From an uncultured Gemmatimonadaceae bacterium (lineage in GTDB: Bacteria > Gemmatimonadota > Gemmatimonadetes > Gemmatimonadales > GWC2-71-9), in assembly GCA_964571795.1 (NCBI GenBank), contig CAZNDK010000003.1, positions 74,644 through 138,643 of the forward strand: 64,000 nt of DNA, read 5' to 3'. Below the pieces are notes generated by a model. The model was given only the letters and a program-made list of their open reading frames with translations, was not told the origin of the DNA and ran no database searches. Below, in pieces: positions 24,310-34,945 of this stretch (its first letter is position 1; each line of letters opens with the position of its first letter). The translations under genes were made by a program, and so were the position numbers.

Positions 24310-25683
24310 ATGGACTTATTCAACCCCTCCGATCCTCGGCCTGTGCACTTCGTCGGCATTGGCGGGGCGGGGATGAGCGCACTGGCCCTGATTGCGCGTC
24401 GCCGGGGTGTGGCCGTGAGCGGCTGCGACCCGGAGCCGAGCGGGGCGGCCGATGTGGCTGCGCTGGGCGCCGAGGTATTTGGCCGGCACGACCCGGCTCA
24501 CGCGGCCGGGGCCCGGGCACTGGTGTACACAGCGGCGGTGCCGCCCGATCATCCCGAGCTGGTGCGCGCCCGGGAGCTCGGCATCCCGGTCATTCCGCGG
24601 AAGGAAGCGCTGGCGGGGCTGGTCGCCGGCGGCACCGTGGTTGGCATTGCCGGCACGCACGGGAAGACGACCACCACCGTCATGACCACCGAAGCCTTGG
24701 CGGCCTCTGGGTTGGCGCCGACCGGCCTGGCCGGCGGCCGCGTCGGGCAGTGGGGAGGGAACGCCCGGCTCGATGGCGACGCCCTCTTCGTGGTCGAGGC
24801 CGACGAATACGACAAGGCCTTCCTCGCGTTGCAGCCGACGGTGGCCGTCGTGAACAATGTCGAGGCCGACCATCTCGAGTGCTACGGCTCGCTCGACGCC
24901 CTGGAGGAGGCCTTCGCCACCTTTGCAGGCAGGGCACGCACCAGGCTGGTAGGCGCGGACGATCCCGGGGCAGCGAGGCTAGCCGCCCGGCTCGGCCCCG
25001 GCACCGTGCGGTTCGGGGTGGCCGTCGACGCCGAGCTCCGCATCGCGGAGGTGCGGCAGGACGCCGGCGCCACCTCGGCAAGCGTCCAACTGCCGGGTGG
25101 CGCGCGGGTCACGCTGCGGCTCAAGGTGCCCGGGCTTCACAACCTGCGGAACGCCACGGCCGCGCTCGGGGTGGTGCATGCCTTGGGCGGTCCGCTGGCC
25201 CCAGCGCTCGAAGCGCTGGCGGAGTTCGGCGGGGTGGGGAGGCGGTTCGAGCGGCTGGGCGATGCGGGCGGCGTCACGCTGGTGGACGACTACGCGCACC
25301 ACCCCACCGAGCTGGTGGCCACGCTGGAAGCGGCGCGCCAGGCGTTTCCCGGGCGGCGGCTCGTGGCGGTGTTCCAGCCGCACCTCTTCAGCCGGACCGA
25401 GGCCCACGGCGTGGCCATGGGGCAGGCGCTCGCGGCGGCCGACGTCGCGGTAGTGACCGAGATCTACGCCGCACGCGAAAAGCCGGTGCCCGGCGTGAGC
25501 GGACGCGCGGTGGCCGATGCCGCCAGGGCTGCGGGGGCCGACGTGCACTTCGCGCCGGAGCGCGCCACGGTCGGGCAACTGGTCAGGGGCCTCCTCCGGC
25601 CCGGCGACGTGGTCCTCACGCTCGGCGCCGGCGACATCACCCGGCTGGGACCGGAGCTGGCCGCATGGCTGCGCGCGGCCTGA
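24310..25683 (+). CDS. murC: UDP-N-acetylmuramate--L-alanine ligase MurC
   Basis: VHFVGIGGAGMSALA, GIAGTHGKTTTT, DDYAHHPTE. Confidence 0.92.
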   Translation: MDLFNPSDPRPVHFVGIGGAGMSALALIARRRGVAVSGCDPEPSGAADVAALGAEVFGRHDPAHAAGARALVYTAAVPPDHPELVRARELGIPVIPRKEALAGLVAGGTVVGIAGTHGKTTTTVMTTEALAASGLAPTGLAGGRVGQWGGNARLDGDALFVVEADEYDKAFLALQPTVAVVNNVEADHLECYGSLDALEEAFATFAGRARTRLVGADDPGAARLAARLGPGTVRFGVAVDAELRIAEVRQDAGATSASVQLPGGARVTLRLKVPGLHNLRNATAALGVVHALGGPLAPALEALAEFGGVGRRFERLGDAGGVTLVDDYAHHPTELVATLEAARQAFPGRRLVAVFQPHLFSRTEAHGVAMGQALAAADVAVVTEIYAAREKPVPGVSGRAVADAARAAGADVHFAPERATVGQLVRGLLRPGDVVLTLGAGDITRLGPELAAWLRAA

Positions 25684-26366
25684 CGCGGTTCCGCCGTCCG
25701 GCGGGCCTCGCATTGCTGGTGGCCCTCGGCGGCGCCGCGGTCTGGTTCGGTGGGCCGGCGCTGCTCCGGCACGTGAGCTTCTTCCGGGTACGGCGGGTCG
25801 AGCTGGTCGGCGTCACCTCGTCGAAGCCGGACGTCGTGGTGCAGGCCATGCGCCTGCCGGCCCGGGGAAACGTGTTCGACGATCTCCGGCCCTACGCCGC
25901 CCGGGTGCTCGCGCTCCCCGGCATCCGGAGCGCCGAAATTCACCGCCGGCTGCCTGGGACGCTGGTCGTCGTGGTGCGCGAGGCACCCGCGGTGGCGCTG
26001 GCCCCCCGCGAGGGCCGCCTGGCGATGGTGGGGCGGAATGGGAAGTTCCTGGCGTTCGATCCGGCGGTGTCCGCGCCGGACCTTCCGCTGGTGGACAAGC
26101 CCGATCCGGTTGTCGCCAAGGTGCTGGGGCGGCTCCAGGACATCGATCCGGAGTTATTTTCGAGAGTCACCACCGCCTCGCAGGTCCGCGGGGATGTGGT
26201 GCTGGACTTGGGCGGCCGCCGACTGTGGCTCCGTCCGGACGTGACAGCGGAGGACATTCGCGCGGTGACTGCAGCGGAACAGGTACTCGGCCGGCAAGGC
26301 CGCGCGTGGGCGGAACTCGACGGCCGGTTCGAGGGCCAGGTGGTGGTGCGGTGGCGGGCCGGGTGA
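25665..26366 (+). CDS. ftsQ: Cell division protein FtsQ (POTRA domain)
   Basis: N-terminal TM segment (LALLVALGGAAVWF) and POTRA-like FFRVRRVELVGVTSSKPDVVVQAM. It sits in the canonical position before ftsA. Confidence 0.75.
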   Translation: MAARGLTRFRRPAGLALLVALGGAAVWFGGPALLRHVSFFRVRRVELVGVTSSKPDVVVQAMRLPARGNVFDDLRPYAARVLALPGIRSAEIHRRLPGTLVVVVREAPAVALAPREGRLAMVGRNGKFLAFDPAVSAPDLPLVDKPDPVVAKVLGRLQDIDPELFSRVTTASQVRGDVVLDLGGRRLWLRPDVTAEDIRAVTAAEQVLGRQGRAWAELDGRFEGQVVVRWRAG

Positions 26367-27616
26367 GCGCCTCTCCCCAGCGCCTGGTCGCCGCCCTCGA
26401 CCTCGGCACCACCCGCGCCGTGGCCATCGTCGCGGAGGCCACCGGCGATTCCCGCGAGCCCCTCGCGCGCATCCTGGGCGTCGGGATCGAGCGCACCGGC
26501 GGCATGCGCCGCGGCGTGGTGCGCGACCTCGAGGAGACCACGCGGGCCATCACGAAGGCCATGGCCGACGCGCAGCGGATGGCGGGTGTCGAGGTTGGCA
26601 CGGTGTACTGCGGCATCGCGGGGGAGCACGTCGCGGGCCGGAGTTCGCACGGCATGGTGAGCGTCACCGGCGACGAGATCCGCACCGGCGACGTGGCCCG
26701 CGTCAACGACATGGCGAGCAATGTCTCGTTCGGCCGCGACCACGAGTTGCTCCACGCCATCCCGCAGGACTACATCATCGACCAGCAGCCGGGCATCAGC
26801 GAGCCGATCGGCATGACCGGCTCCCGGCTCGAGGCCGAGGTGTACCTGGTCACCGTGCTCTCGAGCGTGCTGCAGAACCTGCGGCGCGCGGTGGAACGGG
26901 CGGGGTACCAGGTCGGCGAATTCGTGCTCGAGCCGCTCGCCGCCTCGCTGGCCGTGCTGACGCCGGACGAACGCGAGCTCGGCTGCGCCATCGTGGAGCT
27001 CGGCGGCGGTTCGACCAATGTGTCCATCTTCCAGGGCGGCAAGATCCGCCACACCGCCTCGCTGCTGTGCGCCGGGGGGCATGTCACCGCGGACCTGGTG
27101 CACGGGCTCCAGGTCACGCAGCAGGACGCCGAGCGGATCAAGGAGCGGTTCGGGGCGGCCTACGAGCCCCTGGTGCCGGAAGACGACGTCATCCAGCTGC
27201 CGAGCACGCCGGGCCAGGGCGCCCGGAGCGCGCACCGGCGGGTGCTCGCGCATATAATGCACATGCGGCTGCAGGAGGTGCTGGAGTACGCCCTCGACGA
27301 GATCACCCGCTCGGGCTACCACCAGCGGCTGCCGGCCGGCGTCGTGCTGACCGGCGGGGGCGCCATGGCCACCGGCATCGTGGAACTGGGTCGCGAGGTG
27401 TTTGCCATGCCGGTGCGGGTGGGCGTCCCGCGGCAGGCGCTCACCGGCCTCGCCGACAGCGTGGAATCTCCCCGGATGGCGGTGCCCGCGGGGCTCGCCC
27501 TCTACGGGGCGCGGCAACTGGCGCTCGGCAGCGGCTTCGGCAGCGGCGGGCGCAAGGGCACGCAAGTGGAAAAGTATCTCGCTCCCGTCAAGCGTTGGCT
27601 GCAGGACTTCTTCTGA
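26363..27616 (+). CDS. ftsA: Cell division protein FtsA
   Basis: Actin-like ATPase motifs ([15 protein letters not shown]; [15 protein letters not shown]; VLTGGGA). GTGA overlap with ftsQ. Confidence 0.92.
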   Translation: MSASPQRLVAALDLGTTRAVAIVAEATGDSREPLARILGVGIERTGGMRRGVVRDLEETTRAITKAMADAQRMAGVEVGTVYCGIAGEHVAGRSSHGMVSVTGDEIRTGDVARVNDMASNVSFGRDHELLHAIPQDYIIDQQPGISEPIGMTGSRLEAEVYLVTVLSSVLQNLRRAVERAGYQVGEFVLEPLAASLAVLTPDERELGCAIVELGGGSTNVSIFQGGKIRHTASLLCAGGHVTADLVHGLQVTQQDAERIKERFGAAYEPLVPEDDVIQLPSTPGQGARSAHRRVLAHIMHMRLQEVLEYALDEITRSGYHQRLPAGVVLTGGGAMATGIVELGREVFAMPVRVGVPRQALTGLADSVESPRMAVPAGLALYGARQLALGSGFGSGGRKGTQVEKYLAPVKRWLQDFF

Positions 27617-27638
27617 TCCGCCCCGAGAGGACACACCC

Positions 27639-28784
27639 ATGATCTTCGAACTCGAGGAATCGGTCACCCAGAGCGCCAGGATGAAGGTGATCGGCGTCGG
27701 TGGCGGCGGCGGCAACGCCGTCAACCGGATGATCGAGGAGCGCCTGCTGGGCGTGGAGTTCATCTCGGTCAACACCGATGCACAGGCGCTGGCGGCGTCC
27801 CGCTCGGACCTCAAGGTCCAGATCGGGAAGAAGCTCACGCGCGGGCTCGGCGCCGGCGCGCGGCCCGAGATCGGCCGCCAGGCGGTCGAGGAAAACCGCG
27901 ACGAGATCATCGCGGCGGTGCAGGGCGCCGACCTGGTCTTCGTGACCTGCGGGATGGGCGGCGGCACCGGCACGGGGGCGGCGCCGATCGTGGCCCAGGT
28001 GGCCCGCGACATCGGGGCGCTTACCGTGGGCATCGTGACCAAGCCCTTCCTCTTCGAGGGCCGGAAGCGGATGCGCCAGGCCGAAATGGGCATCGCGGAA
28101 CTCCGCAACAACGTCGACACCATGATCGTGGTGCCGAACGAGCGGCTCCTCGCCGTGGTCGGGAAGGGAATTCCCTTCCAGGACGCCCTGAAGAAGGCCG
28201 ACGAGGTGCTGCTGCACGCCACGCAGGGCATCGCCGGGCTCATCACCTCGACCGGCATCATCAACGTGGACTTCGCCGACGTCCGCACCATCATGCAGAA
28301 CGGCGGGGCGGCGCTGATGGGCACCGGCACCGGCCGCGGGGACAACCGGGCCATGGAGGCGGCGCAGCAGGCCATCTCGAGCCCGCTGCTCGACAACGTC
28401 TCGATCACCGGCGCCACCGGCGTCCTGATCAACATCACCGGGGGCAACGACCTCACCCTCGGCGAGGCCAGCACCATCAACCAGATCATTCACGACGCCG
28501 CGGGCGACGACGCCGAGATCATCTTCGGCGCGCACAACGATCCCGCCATGCAGGGCGAGGTGCGGGTCACGGTCATCGCCACGGGCTTCGACCGCACCGT
28601 GACGCACGACGCCGGGCGGGCCGGCTCGGGCATCCTCACCTTCCCGCAGCCGCGCCGCGCGTCCACGCCGGCGCCGCTCTCGACCCCGGCGCCGGCCGCG
28701 CGCCCGGAGCCGCGCCGGACCGCCGCGCCGTCCGACGTGCCCGACATGGAAATCCCGACCTTCATCCGCCGACAGATGGACTGA
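27639..28784 (+). CDS. ftsZ: Cell division GTPase FtsZ
   Basis: [15 protein letters not shown] and the tubulin signature [13 protein letters not shown] Pro/Ala-rich linker leads to the conserved C-terminal peptide [13 protein letters not shown]. Confidence 0.97.
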   Translation: MIFELEESVTQSARMKVIGVGGGGGNAVNRMIEERLLGVEFISVNTDAQALAASRSDLKVQIGKKLTRGLGAGARPEIGRQAVEENRDEIIAAVQGADLVFVTCGMGGGTGTGAAPIVAQVARDIGALTVGIVTKPFLFEGRKRMRQAEMGIAELRNNVDTMIVVPNERLLAVVGKGIPFQDALKKADEVLLHATQGIAGLITSTGIINVDFADVRTIMQNGGAALMGTGTGRGDNRAMEAAQQAISSPLLDNVSITGATGVLINITGGNDLTLGEASTINQIIHDAAGDDAEIIFGAHNDPAMQGEVRVTVIATGFDRTVTHDAGRAGSGILTFPQPRRASTPAPLSTPAPAARPEPRRTAAPSDVPDMEIPTFIRRQMD

Positions 28785-30025
28785 TGCGGGTCGTCCGGTT
28801 CCTCGCGGCGCTCGCGATCGTCCTCCTCGGTGCCTGGGCCACCCTCACGGGCAGCTGGCCCTGGCACCGCCTGCCCGTGGCCGAGCCGATCGTGGTGAGC
28901 AACGCCTGGACCGAATCCGCCGACACGCTGCACTGGGGCGAGACGGTGTCCGAATTGCTGGCCCGGCAGGGCATCGTCGGGGTGAACCTGCAGGACATCG
29001 CCACCCGCTCGCAGTTCGACCCGCGGCGGGCACGCACCGGCCTCGTCTTCAACTTCCGGCGCCCGCGCCTCGACTCCCTCCCGACGGCCTTCTCCGTGCG
29101 CACAGGCGCCGGGGAACGGCTGCAGTTCCTGCGGTCGGAGGAGGGATGGACCACCGAGGTCCAGCCGATCGCGTGGCGGCCGGAGGTGGTCCGCATCCAG
29201 GGCCCGATCGACAACTCGCTCTACGTGGCGCTCGACCAGGGCGTGGACGACGCGATGCTCGGGCGCGGGGAGCGCGAGCGGCTGGCGTGGGACCTGGCCG
29301 ATGTGTACGCCTGGTCGGTGGACTTCACGCGCGACATCCGCCCCGGCGACCGATTCCAGGTGGTGCTGGAGCGGATGGTGTCCGAAGAGGGTGAGGTCCG
29401 GTTCGGGAAGATCCTCGCCGCCGACCTGACGGTGAACGGCCGGGCCCAGACCGCCTTCCGATTCGAGGGGCAGGACGGGAAGCCGTCCTACTACGACGTC
29501 GATGGGCAGTCCCTGAAGCGGGCCTTCCTCCGCGCACCGCTGCAGTTCCGGCGGATCTCGTCGAGCTTCAACCGCTCGCGGCGGCACCCGATCCTCGGGT
29601 TTGCCCGCCAGCACCAGGGCACCGACTACGCCGCCGATTATGGCACGCCGGTGCTGGCTGCCGGCGATGGCGTGGTGGGTCAGGCGGGCCGGTCGGGCGG
29701 CTACGGCAACCTCATCGAGATCCGGCACGCCAACGGGATCGTCACCCGATACGGCCACCTTAGCGCCATCCTGGTCCGGCAGGGCAGCCGCGTCTCCCAG
29801 GGCCAGGTCATCGGCCGCGTCGGGGCCACGGGGTTGGCCACCGGTTCCCACCTGCACTACGAGTTCCGGGTCAACGGGGTCGCGCGCGACTCCCGCCGGC
29901 TCGACCTCGGAAACGGCCAGCCCGTCGCGTCGGCCGATCGGCCTGCGTTCGAGATCGAGCGCGGGCGGCTGACGGGGCTGCTGTACCCGCCCGAAGGCCT
30001 GCCGCTCGCCCAATTCGGCCACTGA
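28784..30025 (+). CDS. M23 family metallopeptidase (MepM/EnvC-like)
   Basis: N-terminal anchor (VVRFLAALAIVLLGAW). M23 catalytic motifs HQGTDYAA (HxxxD) and GSHLHYEF (HxH). The ATG shares TGATG with the ftsZ stop. Confidence 0.88.
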   Translation: MRVVRFLAALAIVLLGAWATLTGSWPWHRLPVAEPIVVSNAWTESADTLHWGETVSELLARQGIVGVNLQDIATRSQFDPRRARTGLVFNFRRPRLDSLPTAFSVRTGAGERLQFLRSEEGWTTEVQPIAWRPEVVRIQGPIDNSLYVALDQGVDDAMLGRGERERLAWDLADVYAWSVDFTRDIRPGDRFQVVLERMVSEEGEVRFGKILAADLTVNGRAQTAFRFEGQDGKPSYYDVDGQSLKRAFLRAPLQFRRISSSFNRSRRHPILGFARQHQGTDYAADYGTPVLAAGDGVVGQAGRSGGYGNLIEIRHANGIVTRYGHLSAILVRQGSRVSQGQVIGRVGATGLATGSHLHYEFRVNGVARDSRRLDLGNGQPVASADRPAFEIERGRLTGLLYPPEGLPLAQFGH

Positions 30026-30037
30026 GCGCCGCAGTCC

Positions 30038-30075
30038 CGCGCCGGCCCCGCCGAATCCTCCCGCCGGCCGGCGCG
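30038..30075 (+). terminator. GC-rich hairpin after the division cluster (possible terminator)
   Basis: A perfect 10-bp inverted repeat, CGCGCCGGCC (30038-30047) / GGCCGGCGCG (30066-30075), encloses an 18-nt loop. No T-tract follows, so an intrinsic-terminator role is uncertain. Confidence 0.3.
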
Positions 30076-30094
30076 TAGGATTTCGCAGAACCCC

Positions 30095-31885
30095 ATGCTC
30101 AACCTTCTCCTGATTCCACTCGGCGCCTCCCTGGCGCTCCTGACCTATCTCCGCCTCGAGCCCCGGGGGCGGCGGACCTGGATTCCCATGGCCGCGCGCG
30201 CCGTGGCCTGGGGAGGGCTCGGGGCGCTGCTCGCCAATCCCGGCTGTCCAGGCTCGGTGGACACCCGGCCGCCGGTAGTGCTTCTCGACGCGTCGCTCAG
30301 CATGACGGCGGCGCCCGAGCAGTGGCGCATCGCGTCGGATTCCGCGCACCGGCTGGGGCGGGTGCGGTGGTTCGGCGATGCGCGGCCCTGGACCGACTCG
30401 ATTCCGGACAGGGGTCGCAGCGATCTCGGCACGGCGCTCCAGACGGCCGTGTCAACCGGCCGGCGCGTCGTCGTGGTCACCGACGGCGAGCTCGACGGCG
30501 CGGGCGACATCCCCGCGGACCTGCTCGCGTCCACTGGCGTGGTGGTCCTGCCGCGGAAGGTCGCGCGCGACCTGGCGCTGGTTGAGGTGAGCGCGCCCGC
30601 CCGTGCCACCGTCGGCGACAGCCTCGAGGTGTCCGCCGAGGTGCGGCTCAATGGCGCCGATTCGGCGGACTCCGCGGCCGTGACAGTGATGCTGGGTGCC
30701 CGGGTGCTGGGGCGCGCCCGAGTCCGGGTGGAGCCCGGCGCCACGGTACCGGTGCGGCTCGTTGCGGCGACGCGCGGCATCCCGGCCGGATTCCACCTGC
30801 TCCGCGTGGAGCTCACCGGCGCGGCCGATGCCGAGCCGAGGGACAATGCCCGGCTGGTGGCGGTCCACCTCGCGGCCACCCCCGGGATCGTGGTGCTCGC
30901 GGCCCCCGGAGACTGGGACGCGCGGTTCCTCTATCGGACGCTCCGGGAAGTGGCGGACCTGCCGGTGAAGGGGTACGTGCAGCTCGAGGCGGACCGGTGG
31001 CGCGACATGGATGGCCTCGCGGAGGTCGGCGCGGCCACGGTCCAGCGCGCCGCGAAGGGAGCCGACCTCCTGGTGGTTCGAGGATCGGCGGACGGGATGG
31101 ACGCCACGACGGGCGCGCGCGGCCTGCTTCGCTGGCCCGATGCCGTCGCCGGAGCCGGCGAGTGGTACGTGTCGGGGGCGCCGGTGTCGCCGGTGGCCAT
31201 GGCCTTCCTGGGCGCCCCAGTCGAATCATTGCCGCCGGTGACCGGCGGGCTAGCGCTGGTGGCGGGGGCCGGCGACTGGGTGGGGCTCACCGCGCAGCAG
31301 GGCCGCCGCGGCGCCGCCCGCCCGGTCCTCCTCGGTCGGCAGGCGGGGAAGCGGCGAGAAATCCTGGTGGGCGCCGAGGGTTTCTGGCGGTGGGCCTTCC
31401 GCGGGGGGCCCAGCGCCGACGTGTATCGCACGATGGTCGCGTCGAGCGTTGCCTGGTTGCTCGCCGCCCCGGAGGAGGGCGCGGCGGAAGCCCGCGCCGT
31501 ACGCACCGTGGTGGAGCAGGGGCAGCCGCTCGTCTTCGAGCGGTCGCGCGACTCGACCACCGCGCTGGCCGTCTCCTTCGACGGGCCGAACGGCGTGCGG
31601 CAGGATACCCTCCGTTTCGGCGGCGACGGACGCGCCATGCTGTGGATGCCGCCGGGCACCTACCGCTACCGGATGGCGGGCCCGCGCGGTGGCGTGGGCA
31701 CCGTGGCGGTGGACACCTGGTCGCGCGAGTGGCTCGCCCGGCCCGTGGTGGCCCGGGCGCAGCCGATGCCCTCGGGTGCGGCGGGCGCGCGCAGGACGGC
31801 GCGTGATTGGCCCTGGCTCTATGCGCTCGTCCTCCTGGCCCTCGCGGCCGAATGGCTGGCGCGCCGCCGGCTCGGGCTGCGCTGA
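30095..31885 (+). CDS. Membrane protein of unknown function (N-terminal double-TM, C-terminal TM anchor; BatA/aerotolerance-like ends)
   Basis: N-terminal hydrophobic spans (LNLLLIPLGASLALLTYL; AVAWGGLGALLA). The ~500-aa middle is predicted to be soluble. The C-terminus WPWLYALVLLALAAEWLARRRLGLR resembles the EW..RRR end of BatA-type proteins, as I recall that family from memory. Confidence 0.55.
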   Translation: MLNLLLIPLGASLALLTYLRLEPRGRRTWIPMAARAVAWGGLGALLANPGCPGSVDTRPPVVLLDASLSMTAAPEQWRIASDSAHRLGRVRWFGDARPWTDSIPDRGRSDLGTALQTAVSTGRRVVVVTDGELDGAGDIPADLLASTGVVVLPRKVARDLALVEVSAPARATVGDSLEVSAEVRLNGADSADSAAVTVMLGARVLGRARVRVEPGATVPVRLVAATRGIPAGFHLLRVELTGAADAEPRDNARLVAVHLAATPGIVVLAAPGDWDARFLYRTLREVADLPVKGYVQLEADRWRDMDGLAEVGAATVQRAAKGADLLVVRGSADGMDATTGARGLLRWPDAVAGAGEWYVSGAPVSPVAMAFLGAPVESLPPVTGGLALVAGAGDWVGLTAQQGRRGAARPVLLGRQAGKRREILVGAEGFWRWAFRGGPSADVYRTMVASSVAWLLAAPEEGAAEARAVRTVVEQGQPLVFERSRDSTTALAVSFDGPNGVRQDTLRFGGDGRAMLWMPPGTYRYRMAGPRGGVGTVAVDTWSREWLARPVVARAQPMPSGAAGARRTARDWPWLYALVLLALAAEWLARRRLGLR

Positions 31886-31906
31886 TCGGCCCGTTAGATT
31901 CCCCGC

Positions 31907-32836
31907 ATGAAACGAGACCGGGTTACCGAGTCGGCCAGGCTCGGGCTGTGGGGCCGACTCAAGCGGCTGGCGCTCACCGACGTCGGCGCCATGGTGCGCG
32001 GCTTCAACGCCTCGGACGTCGAGGCGATGGAGCGGCTCCTCCTCGAGGCCGACTTCGGCGTGCCCGCCACGATGGACCTCATGGCCGTCGTGGAAGACGG
32101 CGTCCGGCGCGGGCGCTGGAAGACTGAGGCAGATCTTCGGGACGGCATCGCGGAGCGGATCGCGCAGCTGCTGACCGGGCCCGAGGACCCGCAGGGCATT
32201 GCGCGGGCCACGCCGGGACCCACCGTGGTGCTGGTCATGGGCGTGAATGGCGTCGGGAAGACCACCACCACCGCAAAACTCGCGCATCGACTGCAGCGCC
32301 AGGGCAGGAAGGTCTTGCTGGCCGCCGCGGACACCTGGCGCGCGGGGGCCATCGCGCAGCTCGAGGTGTGGGCCGACCGGCTCGGGGTGCCGTGCGTTTC
32401 CGGTGCGCCGGGCGGCGACCCGGCGGCGGTCGCGTTCGACGCGGTGGAGGCGGCGCTGGCCCGTGGCGCCGACACGGTGCTGGTGGACACCGCCGGCCGC
32501 CTGCACACGCAGGAAGGCCTCATGGAGGAGTTGCGCAAGGTGGCCCGCGTGGTCGGGCGGCGGGCTCCCGGCGCGCCGCACGAGGCGTTGCTGGTGCTCG
32601 ACGGCACCGTGGGACAGAACGCGGTGCAGCAGGGCAAGCTCTTCGCCGCGGCGGTGCCGCCGACCGGACTGATCGTCACCAAGCTGGACGGCACCGCCCG
32701 GGGAGGAGCCGTCGTGGCGCTCCGCCGCGAGCTCGGCGTGCCGATTCGCTTCCTCGGCCGCGGCGAGGGGCTCGATGATCTCGCCCCCTTCGATGCGCGG
32801 GACTTCGCCAGGCATCTCCTTGCCGACGAGGGGTGA
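31907..32836 (+). CDS. ftsY: Signal recognition particle receptor FtsY
   Basis: SRP GTPase motifs (GVNGVGKTTTTAKLA, DTAGRL, TKLDGTARGG). It is short form, with no long acidic A domain. Confidence 0.93.
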   Translation: MKRDRVTESARLGLWGRLKRLALTDVGAMVRGFNASDVEAMERLLLEADFGVPATMDLMAVVEDGVRRGRWKTEADLRDGIAERIAQLLTGPEDPQGIARATPGPTVVLVMGVNGVGKTTTTAKLAHRLQRQGRKVLLAAADTWRAGAIAQLEVWADRLGVPCVSGAPGGDPAAVAFDAVEAALARGADTVLVDTAGRLHTQEGLMEELRKVARVVGRRAPGAPHEALLVLDGTVGQNAVQQGKLFAAAVPPTGLIVTKLDGTARGGAVVALRRELGVPIRFLGRGEGLDDLAPFDARDFARHLLADEG

Positions 32837-34907
32837 CACCGCCCCCGGCCTCCGGCTCGACACGCCCGTCAAGTTCCTCAAGGGCGTGGGCGAGCGCCGC
32901 TCGGATGCGTTCGCCCGCCTCGGCGTGGCCACCGCGCAGGATCTCCTCTGGCACCTCCCCCACCGCTATCTCGACGCCAGCTCGGTCAGCCCGCTCGCGC
33001 AGGCGCGCGTGGGCGAGGAGGTGGCCTGCATCGGGCGGGTCGTGGACAAGGGTGTCGTCCCCACCCGGCGGGGCCTGCGGATTTTCCGCGCCGTCCTGCG
33101 CGACGCTTCGGGCGTGCTCGAATGCGCCTGGCCGGGGCAGGCCTTCCTCGACCGCACCATCCAGGTGGGGCAGACGCTGCTGGTGGCGGGCACCGTGCGG
33201 TTCTACCACGGCCGCCAGCTCGCGCCGCGCGAATTCCTCATCCTGGCGGACGAAGGCGAGGAGGTCGGCCCCGAGAGCGGGCGCGTCCTTCCGGTGTACC
33301 CGGCGACCGAGGGACTGAGCCACAAAATCATCCGCGGACTCGTGGACCGTCACCTCGACGCGCTGATCGCGCTGGTGCACGACGTGCTGCCGGCCCAGCT
33401 CCGCTCGGAGCTTGGGCTCCCGGTGCTGGCCGATGCGCTCCGCGCGGTGCACCGGCCCGGCACGGTCGCCGAGGCGGAGCTGGGGCGCCGGCGGCTCGCG
33501 TTCGACGAACTTTTCGACCTGCAGCTGATGCTGGTCCGCGCGCGCACGCTGGCCAAGCGCCAGCGCAGCGGTATCGCGTTCGAGGTGCGCCGCGAGCTCA
33601 CCTCCGCGCTCAAGGGCAAGCTCCCGTACGAGCTCACCGACGACCAGAAGCAGGCCATCCGCGAGATCACGGCGGACATGACCGCGCCCGAGCGGATGCA
33701 CCGCCTGCTCATGGGCGACGTCGGGACCGGCAAGACCGTGGTGGCGCTCTTCGCCATGCTGCTGGCCGTCGAGAACGACTTTCAGGCGGCGCTGATGGCG
33801 CCGACCGAGCTGCTGGCGGAGCAGCACGCACGGACGCTGGCCGAGCTTCTGGGCCCGCTGGCCATCGTGCCGGAGCTCCTCCTCGGCAAGATGACCGCGT
33901 CGGCCAAGAGCGCCGCCCGGGCCCGGCTGGGGCAGGGGGGCGCCCGGATTGCCGTGGGGACGCACGCCCTCATGCAGGAGAGCGTGGCCTTCCGGCGGCT
34001 CGGCCTCGTGGTCATCGACGAGCAGCATCGCTTTGGCGTCGAGCAGCGGGCGGCGCTCATCGGCAAGGGATCGGCGCCCGACGTGCTGCTGCTGTCGGCC
34101 ACGCCGATCCCGCGCTCGCTGGCGCTCACACTGTACGGCGACCTGGACGTGTCGCGGCTCCGGGAGCGGCCGCCGGGGCGGGGTGTCACCCGCACCGCGC
34201 TCCGGAGCGAGCAGCAGCGGGAACGGGTGCTCGCGTTCGTCGAGGCGGAATGCCGTGCGGGCCGGCAGGCGTACGTGGTCCTGCCCATCATCGAGGAATC
34301 GGAGAAGGCCGACCTCCGCGCCGCCACGACCATGGCGGAGATGCTTTCGGCGCGGTGGCCCGACCTCTCGGTCGGCCTGGTGCATGGCCGGCTCAAGGCG
34401 GAGGAACGGGACCGGGTCATGCGACGCTTCCGCGACGGCGGGGTCCAGGTGCTGGTGGCCACGACGGTCATCGAGGTCGGCATCGACGTGCCGAACGCCA
34501 CCGTCATGCTGATCGAGCACCCCGAACGCTTTGGCCTGGCGCAGTTGCACCAGCTGCGCGGCCGGATCGGGCGGGGCGCGGGGGACAGCCATTGCATCCT
34601 GCTGGTGGGGGGGAGGCCGCCGGACCGCCTGAAGGCGTTCGCGGCCACCAATGACGGTTTCGCCATCGCCGAGCTAGACCTGAAGGAGCGCGGCATGGGC
34701 GATCTCATCGGCGCGCGGCAGTCGGGCGGGATCGAGGTGCGCCACGCGCGGCTGCCCGAGGACACCGACCTCCTGCAGCGGGCCCGGGACCTCGCGGGCG
34801 AGGTTCTCGCCGCGGACCCGATGCTGCAGCGCACCGCCAACCAGCCGCTCCGTGCCCGGGCGCTGGCCCGGTTCCCCCGGGCCACGGAGTTGTTCCGCGT
34901 CGGGTAG
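32775..34907 (+). CDS. recG: ATP-dependent DNA helicase RecG
   Basis: N-terminal [31 protein letters not shown], a wedge domain, and helicase motifs ([34 protein letters not shown]). The start is ambiguous: ATG 32775 or 32793, and either overlaps ftsY. Confidence 0.9.
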   Translation: MISPPSMRGTSPGISLPTRGDTAPGLRLDTPVKFLKGVGERRSDAFARLGVATAQDLLWHLPHRYLDASSVSPLAQARVGEEVACIGRVVDKGVVPTRRGLRIFRAVLRDASGVLECAWPGQAFLDRTIQVGQTLLVAGTVRFYHGRQLAPREFLILADEGEEVGPESGRVLPVYPATEGLSHKIIRGLVDRHLDALIALVHDVLPAQLRSELGLPVLADALRAVHRPGTVAEAELGRRRLAFDELFDLQLMLVRARTLAKRQRSGIAFEVRRELTSALKGKLPYELTDDQKQAIREITADMTAPERMHRLLMGDVGTGKTVVALFAMLLAVENDFQAALMAPTELLAEQHARTLAELLGPLAIVPELLLGKMTASAKSAARARLGQGGARIAVGTHALMQESVAFRRLGLVVIDEQHRFGVEQRAALIGKGSAPDVLLLSATPIPRSLALTLYGDLDVSRLRERPPGRGVTRTALRSEQQRERVLAFVEAECRAGRQAYVVLPIIEESEKADLRAATTMAEMLSARWPDLSVGLVHGRLKAEERDRVMRRFRDGGVQVLVATTVIEVGIDVPNATVMLIEHPERFGLAQLHQLRGRIGRGAGDSHCILLVGGRPPDRLKAFAATNDGFAIAELDLKERGMGDLIGARQSGGIEVRHARLPEDTDLLQRARDLAGEVLAADPMLQRTANQPLRARALARFPRATELFRVG

Positions 34908-34945
34908 CGGGTGTAAAATGCACCTCCTGTCGACCCTCACCGCCA

